From contig RHPI01002262.1 of the NCBI GenBank assembly GCA_009103225.1, forward strand, positions 785,213-849,212: a stretch of 64,000 nt of DNA, given 5' to 3'. The stretch comes from Chlorokybus atmophyticus (lineage: Eukaryota; Plantae; Mesostigma and Chlorokybus algae). Position numbers and translations under genes: made by a program. Positions within the stretch are counted from its first letter, which is position 1; every line of letters starts with the position of its first letter. This document shows positions 10,292 through 23,448 of the stretch, piece by piece. The notes under the pieces are model-generated. The model had not been told where the DNA came from. It ran no database searches and saw only the letters and a program-made list of their open reading frames with translations.

Positions 10292-12540
10292 GCGTGTAAG
10301 TGTACATAGGCAAACACGTGTATATGTGCATATGTAATGTGCACACAAAGTCGTTTTACTGTATGCATACACACATGTTTACATAATGCTGTATACATAC
10401 ACAATGACAATGTACACATGCTTGCTTAGACTCGCTGCTTTATCAGGTGCAACAAGATGAGTTGCGACTAGCAACTGCGCATGCGGATGTGGAGTCGTTC
10501 TCCCGGCGTGCGGACACAGCGGAGAGCGACTTGGCGAAAGCGATTGCGAGCCGTGACACCATGGAAGAGGAGTTGAAGCTGACGAGGGCGCAGTTGAATG
10601 CCACACGGTACGTAATTTTGCATACTTATAGTTGCACACATAAAAACTCATACACACGTGCGCACGTACGCACGCACGCACACACGCACAGCACTGCTGC
10701 AATGCAATCAGCGAACTGCAACCTTTCGTTATCTACTTGGGTTTTGACTCCATTGTTTGACTTTGTTGTGAGTTACATAACTTGCGCAACATGCTTACAA
10801 CAGCCACCTTTCGGTTGTCACTTTTCTCACATGAGTTCAACTCGCTGATTGCACACTTTGCGTCCTTCTCTGCAGTGAGGAGCTGCGGCTTGTGCGCGTG
10901 GACTCGGCTGCCGCTGTGCAAGGTTCTGCAACTGCCATAAGCGCAGCAGATTCAGCAGAGGACAAGGCTCAGATTGCACGCAACCTGGAGTTCACAGTAC
11001 GCACCGTCCTTGACATCATTCAGCATGCTCAATGATCAGATCTGCATTCGTGTGCTACCTTTGCTTGTGCGTGTAATGATGTGTGTACTTGTGTGTGCAG
11101 GTCAGGCGCCTGCGCCTTGAGCTTGAAGAGTACAAGACGGAGTTGCAGCAAGAGCGCGAACAACGCCAGTCTGAAGTGAAAGAGCTTGCCAGAATGAGAG
11201 AAAGCCTTGCTGAAGCGCAACAGCAGGCAAGCCACATGGTTGTATCTGTATGAAGGTTGTACGAGTGCATGCGTGCATGTATTAGGCTGCACATGCAAGG
11301 CACATATAGTTGTCTGTTGTGTGGACGCGCTGTGCAATGGTGACTACAGCTGTGATGTGTGCCAGCTGGCTGATGTAGACAAGCGGGATGACGAGCAACA
11401 GATGCTGCAAGCTGCGATTGATGCTCAGGAACAAGCCCAACGGGTATGCAACCGTTGTTGGCTATGTGCCTTTGTTTATGTCTGACTGTTGCCATGTTAT
11501 GTCTGACTGTTGCCATGCAGATGTGCGATCAGCTGCTGCGCGAGGCCGCTGTCACGCGAGCCGTCCTGCTTGCAGCGTACAAGCGGCTGCGTCAGCTGCC
11601 CTCATCGCCTCACACCAAGTCTGAGGGTTCGTTGTGCAAAGTGATGATGATGATGATGATGATAGTGATGATAGTGATGATGATGAATGCGGGACAATTC
11701 ATAACATGTTGCTGACAATCCGACATATTCATAGGCAACTTGCCTCTGTTGGAACACTTGTTGGATGCGCTCGAGTGTGAGCGTGAGGAGTTGCTGGCTG
11801 AGGTGGTTTTCCAATACGGCGCATGCTTGAGTAGATGACATTGTTTGCCTCTAACTCTAATTGTGATATGGTGTTTGCTCAGAGTAATGTTCGCCTCAGG
11901 TGGAGCAGCTGCAGTCTGAGAACAGCGCTGCGGCCGAAGCCGTGCACGCACAGAGCGGGCTGCTGAGCCACCTCGAAGCTCAGACAAAGGACCTGAAACA
12001 TGAGCTCCGCCACATTGATTCACTGTGCACCACCGATCCCTTACACAACTTGCATGGTGTGTTGCTGCTGTTGTTGTTGCTGCTGCTGTATGCATGCTTC
12101 CTCGCTTCTTTCATGAGGTAACACTCTGACATTAGCTCTGAGCGTTACACATGTTGCAGACGCCATTCCATTGACAAGCGACAATGGCGCTGACTCAAGG
12201 ATGGAGCGCTCACGAGAGGGCAGAGGGGAGAGTACTGCCCGTATGGCGCATGATGATGAGAGAGATGCAGTATCGTGGAAACTCAAGGAAGCCGAGCAGG
12301 AGCAATTCAGGCTGAAAGATAGCATCCGTCAGGTAACGCAGTTGGCATGTTGATGTGTCATCATATTGATAGAGATCTTTACCCCCATCATTCTATGTGG
12401 CTGTGGCACCTGTGATCAAGGCTTCACCTATACAATGTGTCACTCTGCAGGCGCAGCAGCGCATGGAGCAAGGCGTGAAGCGGTGGGCTCAATTAGAGGA
12501 GGAAGTAAGCGAGCTGCTCGCGGAAAGACAAGGCAGCTAA
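7985..12540 (+). CDS. Long coiled-coil protein of unknown function (about 15 exons; start uncertain)
   Basis: A series of in-frame A/E/Q/L/R-rich exons bounded by AG/GT, e.g. ELQKLRKKYADSTRSLAQQARALNALQ and VRRLRLELEEYKTELQQEREQRQ, ending AERQGS-taa at 12540. Confidence 0.75.
10251..10292 (+). repeat. (GCAC)n tetranucleotide repeat in an intron
   Basis: Direct reading. Representative of the CA/TG/CACG-rich tracts found in most introns of the window. Confidence 0.9.
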
Positions 12541-13459
12541 CGCCATACGTTGTGTGTATACATTACATTGGCGTACATGTGCCATCATGCACAATGATTA
12601 TACAAGCTTAACAGGTCAACTTAGGTAAACGCGCACATGAGCTCAGCGTTTATGACTTATGTAAGTTGAATAATGCAATGCAGCCACATGGTTGCTACAA
12701 CGGGGGGCATCATGCTGCATGCACACAATATAGATGACAGGTACCGCCGAGCTCAGCGACCAAGAATAAGTATACCTACATGCTTGCAGCTGGTAACACT
12801 TTGATGCAGTGGCCTCCAGTCCAGTTGAGCTTTGTCCTGGGAGCTTTGTGTTGTACTATCTGGACATATCAATCAACCTTTGCTTCCGTAACAGCTATGG
12901 TGATGCCAGCGCACAATGTGACCGCCATCATGTAATCTACTTGGTTGCAATCTATTTGCTGTGCTTGTTTGTGCACACGCTTGCAATTACACACTTGCAG
13001 TCTACAGCTCGCACACTTGCACCCTATAGCTTTGTACTTGTAAGTGAGGTGGTACAGTTGGTGGTGAGGTCAGATGATGTTTTTGTTGTTGACTGCCATG
13101 ATGGTTTACTATGCCCAATGTATATAGTGCTCTAGACTGTGAAGGCACTCGCGCACAGACCTCCAGAAACAGCTTGCAAGAAGACCTGCCTTGCTGTGTT
13201 GAGTACAATCTTGTTGAAGGCACCCGTAAGCGACCCTATTGTCCAGTTTGCGTTGTTGCATTGCATACACTGATATTGACATTTCCCATACTCATCACTT
13301 CTACCCATGATCAACATCACATGCAGCGAGACACTTTAAGCTTAACTAACCCCAACTCAGAGGGTGTGAAAGCTGGAGAGAACAACACAATAGAAGATAC
13401 CATCCCAACTTTTGTTTATTGTCTGTGGCTGCCAAGACGGCGAACAGTACAGCTGTGTG

Positions 13460-16091
13460 TTAGGCCCTTAGGCAAGCCTTCTGTACTCTGACAACAAGCA
13501 ATTGTCGCATATTGGTGCAATCTTCAGCTGGACGTCTGAACTGCTTGACAGTCTTCCTTTCCCTGCGCAAACCTTTGAAAGCCTTGCGTTTGCAAATTGA
13601 CCGGGACCCTGGCCGGGACCCTTTGTAGGTTGTATTACCCTTAGGCAATATCAACTCAGCCTTCTCGTCCTCGCCCAAGTCCCATAACTGAGTGCCTATG
13701 CATTCATCATCCTCATACTTGATGTGGTGCGAGCATGTGGCCGCATCAAACTTCACCACAACACCTATGAAAGGAGCCAGATGAGTGGTAACATACTTGA
13801 ACAGATGATAACAGTGTGTCGTGCCACATTGTAAGTTCCTCACCTTTATACCACTTTTGATCTTCTGGCCAGTACACTCTGATGCTTTGGGCCACCAGAT
13901 GCGACCCTTTCAATGCAAGCTGCGCAACCATGACAGCTAAATACGGTCTCACGAACACAAATCTGTGTGCAGCACTGATCGTGTGGAAAATGATGAAAGC
14001 ACAGCAGGATGTTGTGCTGATGCACTGAGTGTGATGCTACTTGTATTTGCATACACAATGCAGCTGGGTTAGTGCTTACATGCTGACCTGTGCACCATGG
14101 TTGCCAGCGGCAGCCAGATCCTCTATCTTTCTCTTCAGCTCTTCATCAACTGGATGTGCATGTCGTAAGTACTCTTCAGCACCCTGAAATACTGCAGACA
14201 TATGTAGGATACATCTTACCTTCACAGCAACCGTCCTGTGCATGTGTGGCTGTGTCCACCACTGCAGGTGGCGCATCTGTAGCGTTGTCCAGCCGTGGTG
14301 GTTCTGCAAATCCCGGCTCGCCCTTGTTGTCAATCCTGTCATCTTTGCCCTCACCCTCCTCGTCCTCCTCCTCCTCCTCGTCCTCCTCGTCTTCGTCGGG
14401 ACTCTCATCATCCAGCTCCAGAGCATCGTTCTCACTGTCAGGATCAAGTTCCGAGTCATCGTGCAGGTTGAGGTCCCCATCCGAGTCATCTTCATCTGAC
14501 TCGGGCACTGCAGCTGGTGCAGGCGGACGGGAAGGACTGTCGCTGTCTTCAAACCCATCTGAATCCTACCCATCACATGAGTCAAAAGACCATGAATGAC
14601 TGTCTCAGACTGTTAGCTGACAGCCTTGCACATGACTTGTATGGCATCCTGACCTCGGTGAGCAGCTTGACGTTCTCTATGTGCTTGGTGCCGGCACGGA
14701 TGATTTCCATCTGATATGTGAATGCGCTCGGGTCTGGCTGGTAGCAGAGGACTGCATCACCAGTGCGGAGCTGCGTTACACCTGAAGATTGGTCACCTTT
14801 GTTCTCTTGCACAGGCGTGCACAATGGTACACACAGCAGCGATTGCAGACTGCGGGTGAGCTATGCATGCGAGTGTGTGCACATTCACTATAAATACACA
14901 TATTAAGTCAGCAGTTGGCAAGGGATTGCAGGTTGTGCTAAAGATTTTTACCAGCAAAGTGACGCCAACCACCGCTCAAGCCGCCACCATTGGCCCCCTT
15001 CCTGATAAACTTCATTGGGAAATCTACTTCCCGAAGCCGCATCATGACAGGAAACTGCTCATCTATCTGGCCCTGTAGGTTGTGTTGGGCGTTAGGCAGA
15101 GTTGCGTTGCCACCGTTTGGACACGCACACATACACAAGCGCACAAGCCTGTGACAATCGTAACAACTCTTCGGGGAGTCACCTTAGGTAGGTATGTGGC
15201 GAATTCAGCGGGCAATGCCATCCAGTAGCCTTTGGAAACATGTGATGGCAAGATTTTCTGTGACAACGATTGGCGAGATAAGCGTTGGTGGTGCAGTCTA
15301 TGCATGTCGTTGTTTATAACAAAGCTAATACCTTTGCAAAAGCTCGCCGGAGATTCTCGTCATCAATGTACTTCATGGCTGCATGCAAAGCCACTTCAGC
15401 TTGTCCATTCCTGAGAGTGTCCAACTCCTCTTGCGTGCAGAAGTCGCGGCATCCGTTCCAGCTCATACTTCCAGAGCCCGCTTCACGCTGCATGTTAATC
15501 GATGGAAAATTTACACGAGCATCCAAGCATGTCAGAACAGGATTATTGTGGCCGCAGCATGAGCGGTTGCTAACAAATGCTGGCAAAATGCTGTTATTTG
15601 AGAGGTGTACATGATTGAAAGCAGCCTCAGTGCTGCATGTTCTGACCTTGCTGTTGCGCCTGCCTCCTCTTCTGGGTTTTGCATCAACAATCTGCGCATA
15701 CTCATGGTCTTTCTCTGCGTAGTTGACCTTTGGAACGCCGACGAATCTAGTTAAGTTGGAAGGTTAGTATACTGTTCAGGCAACCTTTGACCCCAGTGCA
15801 GCATGTTGCAATGAATAGTCACCTGCTAGATGTACGCACGGGTGATGCCGCAAGCAAAGAGTGCGCTCGTGCTTGCACATTTCTGTGATTATAATGCACA
15901 CTGTGAGACACATATTCAAGATGCTTTAAGGGCACCGCTTTAAGTCAGACGGCATGCAGCTACCTTCTGGGTGGTGTTGCCTTCTTGCGCAAGGATTCTG
16001 CATGCTCCAATAATTGCAAATCCCGTAACTTCTGCTTGTTAGCTTCCACTCGCTCACGGCGCTGTGCCTCAAGGTCTACATGCAACACCAT
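13460..16091 (-). CDS. REM-type B3 DNA-binding protein with an acidic tract and a Tudor-like domain (paralog A)
   Basis: N-term MVLHVDLEAQRRERVEANKQKLRDLQL. B3 motifs KILPSHVSKGYWMALPAEF, GGLSGGWRHFA, LRTGDAVL. D/E tract at 14330-14510. Tudor-like LVAQSIRVYWPEDQKWYKG/VVVKFD...HHIKYEDD. The 3' end is less certain. Confidence 0.82.
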
Positions 16092-17660
16092 TGTGGGCAA
16101 AACCTGCATTGCCAGAAGCATTGAGCAGATTGAGCCTCCAACTGTCTTACAAAACACACACACGCAGTAGAAGGCAAAATGGATGCAGACAATGCGCGTA
16201 CACTGGTCGCACGAAGAGCAAGCCATAACCTGTTGTACAAACTGAATCAACTGAATCAACTTGTACATGCTTGCTGGCACGCAAGTTAGGGTCGATTTTC
16301 AGCTGATGGGGTCAGTAGTATTCTTTCCTTAGGAGGCTGAACTGTGACACAGCAGTAGCAACGAAATCAAAACTTGCAGCAGCTTGCTGCTTCACTGTGG
16401 CTTGCACCAATCGTGCATGCTGAAGAATACCGGAAGAACTCAAGTTGCATTGTGTAGGGAGTGATTGAGAGGAAGATGAAGAAGAGGCAGCATTGCATGC
16501 ACGCCAGACTGGTTGGCAAGAACCAGTCAAAAGCTTGGACATTGGCAGGTTTGGTAACAGACTGCAGCCGCAAGCAAATGACGGATTGTATTACAAAACA
16601 ACGCTTTGCGTGTCTTGCATACCATAATATCTCAAGGGTTCAGACGGACCACACCTTACCAATCAGCAGCAGCCAGAAGCAATCCAATGCAACGAACAGC
16701 TAGGGGAAGATGCTGATCCGCGAGCACCAAACCCTTCAGGTGACGTATCCAACTCTCGCAGACTGCAGCTCTTTACAACCCTGGCTATGCCACCAGCAAT
16801 GCCAACGCCAAGCTTGCCGCCGCCGCCGTAATAGCGTCCAGCGCAACCTTTTTGGCGGTTTGTGGTCAAGTCACGGCCGGTTGGGGTCGTAAACTCAAAC
16901 CGGCCGTCTTGAACGGTTACGAATCACCTAAGCAGCCGCCCAATATCGGTCATGGCGTCATGGTAAGCTGCCATTGTCCGGCATTAGCTTCTGAATGTCC
17001 GAACAGAAGCGGTTTCCCGCGCGATTGTCATGGTTAGTTAGCCACGTTATTTTAACCATGTGGGGAAGCATGCAGCAGCCAAGCTGATGCTACCAGCTAT
17101 GCTGCAGCTTGCCGTTGAGGCGTCGGCAGCTGTGAGCTTCTCCTGCTTGTGGTTGTGGCTGAGGACGTGGTCGTGATTGTGTGTTGTAGCTTCTTGAGCA
17201 TGCTTGAGGTTGCATGAAAGCCTGTGCGGCTGTGTGTACGGTCAGGCGGGCGTTTGGCTGGCTGGCTGGCTGGCAAGCGTAGCCGGCGTCAGCGTTGGGC
17301 GCTGCTTGTTGCTAAGCGGAGCGGAGAAAACTTTCTTCAAGAAAGCGCGCACTTTCTTTCAAAAAGAACGCTTGTTGTCAGGTAGCTACGTGCATGTAAG
17401 CAGTAGACAGACGTTAAGTACATAACTTTTGACGGCAAGCAGTGCAGTTTGGAGAACCCACATTGCTTGGTAATCCTGTAGCTTTTCGCGAGATGACCAC
17501 TTGCCTCAGTGTCATACTCATTGGCACATGAAAGCTACAAGATGGTATAGCAGTTTGAAAGTGAAGTTTGTGTGACATGTCAGCTGACTCGTGCAAGCGC
17601 TGTGTGTAGCTTGTCAGAGTGGTTGTCTGCTTCGGCTGACACCACTACTCTGGGCAAGAA

Positions 17661-20218
17661 ATGGTTGACGGGTTGAGTGAGCTTGAGGCGCAGCGGAAGG
17701 CACGCATCGAAGCCAACAAGCACAAGCTTCTGGAGCTTAACCTCGCACAGCATGCCAGCGCACTGCGGCAAACCACTCCGCGCAAGAGGTTTGTACTTTC
17801 CAAATGGGTGTAACAAACGCAAACAGTCGCTGTGCTTGTTACTGTGTACAGCAGCATGCAGATTGCATGCACTGAGCTATGTCACATAACCAGCTAGTTA
17901 ATTGATCCGCTGTGCTGCATGCAGACCTACGCAACCCAAAACCCCGGCGTCTGCACCAGTTGGTTCAAGGCGCTTATCTGACAGGTGCGGCCAAGCACAG
18001 CACATGCAAACACAACACACAAGGTCTGATAACTCTGCCCGTCATTGCAGGGTGCGCAACATAACGCCCGTCAGCTGCAATTTGGAGAAAATATACCGCA
18101 TGAGCAGGTTTGCAAGGACCGGGAGGCTTACTCGCTCTGATAGAAAGGAGTGTGAAGCAGCAGAACTAGCTAGTCTCCGTAATGGCAAGGCTAAGATGGC
18201 ACGTAAGTATGTATACAGGTGAATGGTCCCCCTCTCCTGCTTGAGTAACAATCCTCACGAGTGTCAGCACATGCAACTGACAAAAGGATGCTGCTGCAGA
18301 TGAAGCTGCTGAAGAACTAGAAGCTGCATCGCCATACCCTGGAGTAGTAAGAGTAAGTACTACTGCTTCTTATACGGAAAACATTGCCATTGGACAGCTG
18401 CTGACTGTCTTGTTGTCAGCCTATGTTGCCTTCGCATGTTTCTGGCGGCTACTGGTTGCAAATGAGTATGAGCTACCACAAAACATACATGCCTCAGGTA
18501 TGTTTCATGTTACTCCAGCCAAGCAGCTTGCTCGCATGCAATGCTGTGTGCATGTTCACGTAGGGCGCCACTGGGGACAAGCACCAGATCTACTTGAGGC
18601 TGAAGAACCGTCCTGACTTGCCATTGTGGGATATCGTCTACTTGTCCAGACCAGGCGGCTCGGGTGGCCTGTCAGGCGGGTGGAGAGGCTTTGCCATTGA
18701 TTTGGAGCTGCGTGTTGGCGATGCAGTGCTGTTTGAGAAGCCAATGGAGGACACGTGGGTGTATGAAGTTACAGTGGTTAGAGCAGGAGAAAGAGAAGCA
18801 GATGAGATCAACACTGAAAACATTCGCATACTCATGGTATGTGAGTGTGCAACCCTTGCACGCTGGTGTGCCTTGTACATGCTTGCAATGCATGTTCATG
18901 TGCTGTTCTTATGTGCAGCAACAAGCAGGTCTGGAAGATGGTGATAATTCATCAGAAGAGGACACAGATGATCAAGTAGAAGACGCGAGGCTGAAGCCGA
19001 AGCCAAAGCAGAGCACAGTGGAAGAAGAGCTGCTGCGAGTCAAGACACCTCAAGTAGCTGACCTACCAAGAACCAAGCGTGGCAAGCGCGTGGTTCCGGA
19101 TGATGAGCAGCCCGCTGTTGTTGTGAAGACGGACACCGATGAAATACTAGCTGCACTTGATGACATAGAGCCCTCAGGTGTGTATCCAACATTGCTGTGT
19201 GGAAGCTGCTTGCCCACATGCTGTGCTTTACCTTGATTTGTGCAGCGGCAGTGATGGCGGCATTCCAAAGTGCACTTGCACACGAGGACGACTGTCCAGG
19301 CAAGCACTTGTTATTGTTATTAACGCACGTGCTTGTGCATGCTTGGGTAGCAGTGTCATAGCATGCTTTGTCTGTCAAGCGATGCACGCATACACCTGAG
19401 CAGTAGCCTCAGCGACTTCGCACAGCCTTACCAACTTGTAAATGCGTCACGGTATGCGAGTACCTTGGAACTGAGCGCCCATTCATCTTTACCTGTACCT
19501 CCAGGAGATGACCTTGATGATGCTGTCATCAACATGTTTGAAGCTGCACTTGCTGGTGGCAACAGCAACGAAGACGCTGTGCCCAATCTAGCAGGTGTGT
19601 GACCATCTGTTATCAAGGAAGCTCTGGAGATGTTTGTAGATACAGAAGTGCACATGCACGAACACAGAGTAACGCACACACACGAAACAGTCACTACCCG
19701 GGTTGGGGCCACAAACATGCTCCTTTGCGCACCAACATGCTTGCATATCGGTGCGCAGAGGAGAAGGAACGGAAGCGAAGTGTGTCATTAGCATTGTCAA
19801 CTGGTCTTCAGAAGCAAGTGGCATCATTTAACACGTTGGGTGCGACGTTGGCAACGATGGGGGCGCAAGCAGAGGGCACGAAGCTGCGAATCTTCTCTGC
19901 TACTCTCAATACCTGGTTGAACGGCATTATCATCAGATATACAGCCTCTGACATCTCACACGAGATCCACTTTGAGGACAACACTATTGTTACTTGCCAG
20001 TTGTGGGATTTGCGGGACGACGAACTGGCACTCATTGAAGGACAACCCGCTGGTGAGTATTGAAGATAACTGTCCCATTCTATGTTGCCAGCGTGTGCGT
20101 GTGCGTGTTGTGATGCTAACCTGAGGTGGACGCAGTTGCAGGCCAGCTGCGCTTGACTGACTACTACAAGACGGTGAAAGCCTCACAAGCGACAGGGTCG
20201 GCGAAGGCCGAGCGTTGA
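17661..20218 (+). CDS. REM-type B3 DNA-binding protein with a degenerate Tudor-like domain and a C-terminal PIP-box-like motif (paralog B)
   Basis: MVDGLSELEAQRKARIEANKHKLLELNL. B3 LWDIVYLSRPGGSGGLSGGWRGFAIDLELRVGDAVLF. Tudor-like GTKLRIFSATLNTWLNGIIIRY...HEIHFED. Last exon GQLRLTDYYKTVK...tga at 20216-20218. Confidence 0.82.
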
Positions 20219-21337
20219 CGTGTTTGTATAAAATCTGTGAGTTTTTGGTACGCACACATGCATAGCATTGCATATACGCTACACAGAAGCAGCAGAGTAT
20301 GTGCATTACACGCATAACTAGTACTAGCACTGTAGGTAGTTTGTTGCGGTAGACCGGAACAAGGATATATGTACAGCAGAGCCAATTTGTATCTGCGTCG
20401 GTGTTTGGCAGTGCATAGAGTCAGCCAAATTTGCGTGCTACATACCATCTTGACCTCAACTAGACGGGTGAGTAGTTAGTCTTACGTGTTGTCTCACCAC
20501 TAGCCCATTATTGTGCCAAGTTTGCGCCATGAGAGCTCAGTCTGCCTGCACGTGGCTGCTGCAGTCGTATAATCTGGGCTTTCAATTTCTCTCATGTGCT
20601 TGGGCTTTGTATACTTGTATACTTGCCTCATGGCAACCTGGTGTGTTTGCTGTGCAGTAGGTGCGACTCGCACGGAGAGCTTCCATTTGCGCATGGATGG
20701 CATTGCAGTCCTCAGTCATGTCTGCTAGCTGCAAACCATCACTCAGTTGTGTTACCTGCTCGCATCAACTGACACATTATCAACAAGCGCCCAGGGGCAA
20801 GGTCAAAGCCCTGCTAGTACAACCTCGCATCACAGCATTCCCACTGATGCATGGTAGCTGCGTGTTTTTGCAAGGCCATTTACTACATACTAGGCAGCAG
20901 CTAGCTTAGCAGCCCAGTGGTTAATGAGAGTGCTTCATGGTGTGGTGAGTAGACTGCTCATGCATGTGCGTGTCACACTCTCATGCATGGCACAATCCTT
21001 GCATTCAATTAATTACACTCTCGATGTAAACTTGACATGGGCTATGCAATGGTTCATTTGCTAAAGCAATGACTACCAGCCCAACACCACAACAGCAATT
21101 GTCCCCATTGAAAAAGGCGTGTGCGTCCCTGTGGTAACCTTTTGAAGCTGCCGTTTCATATCTGCAATAAAGCATGACAGACAGTGAGAAAACATACAAT
21201 ATACCATGGCTGCTGGCTTGGACAACATTCATGTTGGAAGTGAACATCGCACCTTTCACCATCGCTGGTTGCCGGAGTCCCAATGTACAACAAGTCCAAT
21301 CGCTGGTTCACCCGACTTCAACTCAGGTGTGCTAAAC

Positions 21338-23277
21338 TCAGCTGGTGGTGTCTTTGCTCCTGGCCTTCTTTGCTTTCTTCATCTGAGATATCAAGTTTGA
21401 AGCAGCATCCGTGCTTTGATGGCTGTCAAAGCCAACCGCTGCTGGCTCTGCTTCACCTTTCCTCCTCTTTTTCTTCTTTGTGGGAGTGTCTTCAGCAGCA
21501 TCAGGTACTGTGCTTTGTTGTTGTTCTTTGTCGCGCTTGCGCTTTGCGCCTTGTGATGAATCTACGGTCGGTGGCTGCACCACCACATTGTGTTTTCTTT
21601 GTTTTGGCTGCGGTCGTTCTTCAAATGGTGATGATGTCGTTGTTGTTGGCGCTGTTGCTGCTGCGCTCTCTTTGGCCTGGAAGCAATGTGTGTGTGACGA
21701 CAGATGGCCAATGCGAAACTGCAAATACGCGACTTCATGAACACATCACGAACATGAACCCAACCTTCTTTCTCTCCTCCCTTCTCCTGTGCCTGCCTCC
21801 GTCCTCCTCAATCACCTTCGCCTCCTCCATCTGCCGCCTGTTTCTGTCCATGTGCTCCACTTCCTCATCAGTCACCTGATGCTTCACCTTGTTCTTCACC
21901 TCAATGCTCCCGTTTTCCTTTACCTTCTCCTTGTCCTGGACCCTGCCCTGCTCCTCCTTCACCTCAATCGCCTCCCTGTGCTTCCCCTTCTCCTTCCTCT
22001 TCCCCTTCCCCTTCCCCTTCTCGTTGCTCTCCTCCGCAATACCATTTGGCTCCTCCTGCTCCTGCTCCAGCTCCTTCTTGACCTTTGCCTTCTCTTTCTT
22101 CTCTTTCTGCTCCTTCTCCATCTCCTTCTCCTCGTCCTCCTCCTCTTTCACCACCTTCTCCTTCTCCTTCTTCTTCTTCTTTTTCTGCTCCTTCTTCTCC
22201 TTCTCCTTCAGAACCTTCTCCTCCTTTACCTGCTTTCCCCTCTCCCTGGCCTTTCTATCCATCTCAGCCTGCGTGTGGGCGTCCGCAAGCGCCTGCTCAT
22301 GCGCCTCCGCGCTCTCGCCTGCCAAATACACACAGTGGCTCTGTGCTCTCCACAACACAGAGGACCACCACAACAACACATGCTTACTCGTAGCATGAAA
22401 GTAGCATTGCACTGCGAGTGCATGTATGTGCGCATGCGCGTGCCTTGAAGTGTGTGCCTGTGCGCGCGTGCGTGCTCGCACGCGCGTGTGTGTGCGAATG
22501 TGCACGTGTGCACACGCATGTGTGCCTTCATGCATGTGAGTGTGCGTGTAAAGACCAACCAGCGAGGTTGGAGGCAGCGGCTGCGGCTCTGTGGAGCTGC
22601 TCGTTGGCATCGGGGGCGTCCGTAACCAGATCACTGTTGTACACACAGACACATTAGAGAAGGATAGCACAGACAGACGACACAATTGCAGTAGCAGGCA
22701 AAATGGCAGCTGCTGGAGTACCATTGAGTGCGTTTCAATGAATGAATGCACGGATGGATTAGTGCTTGAATACATAGTTGAGTGAGTGTACCAATGCATG
22801 AATGAGCCGATGACTGAGGATATGTGATGATTGTGAAACAGTGTTTGAAAATTTGAATACGTAACTGAAACTAGGTGTGAAACATATACACATTCATGTA
22901 ACTGAATCAACGAATATTTCACTGAATGGGTGAAAGATTAAATGAGTGAATGACTGACTGAATGCGCATTGCAGAGAGTAAATAACTGGGTAACGAGTGA
23001 CTGATTGACTGCTATAGTCAACGCAATGCATGCCTAGGTTGGCGTGGAGTGCACAAAACCAATTAGAGACGTAAATGAGCAACTGCACTGAATGTGTCCA
23101 AGACAAAAATGTGTGTGTGTGTTTGGGAAACAGCCTGCTGACAAAAGGCCCTGATCTCCACACCGACCTGCCCTTGGCGGCAAGGAAGCGCCTCAGTGCA
23201 GCCGCCGCCTCCCCCGGCGCCACCACCCTCCACGACCCCGCCACCACCGCCGCCCTCACCGCCCCCGCCGCCGCCAT
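21338..23277 (-). CDS. Lys/Glu-rich, probably nuclear or nucleolar protein (4 exons)
   Basis: Exon 1 MAAAGAVRAAVVAGSWRVVAPGEAAAALRRFLAAKG; exon 2 SDLVTDAPDANEQLHRAAAAASNLA; a long K/E low-complexity exon at about 21770-22325; last exon has the NLS-like KKKKRRK. Confidence 0.7.
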
Positions 23278-23448
23278 CCCGCATCCGCCAGTTCACTACA
23301 AAGAGAGTGATTCACTCAAGTGATTCATGCAGGCAAGTATGATTCACTGGGAGTGCAAGTATGATTCAAATTGAACGTGTGAAATCAAGTCATTGCAGGC
23401 GTGAATCAAATGCGGTGAATCAGTGGGTTGTTTAGTTCATTCGGTTGG

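Noticed and set aside
12809-13450. ORFs with a CPVC motif downstream of B3 paralog A
   Set aside because: There is no coherent splice or domain support; probably 3' UTR or intergenic DNA.
20500-21300. Short ORFs between B3 paralog B and the K/E-rich gene
   Set aside because: No recognisable motifs or consistent exon chain; treated as convergent 3' UTR or intergenic DNA.
21789-22448. Long Leu/Phe/Ser-rich plus-strand ORFs
   Set aside because: They are antisense shadows of the K/E low-complexity exon on the minus strand.
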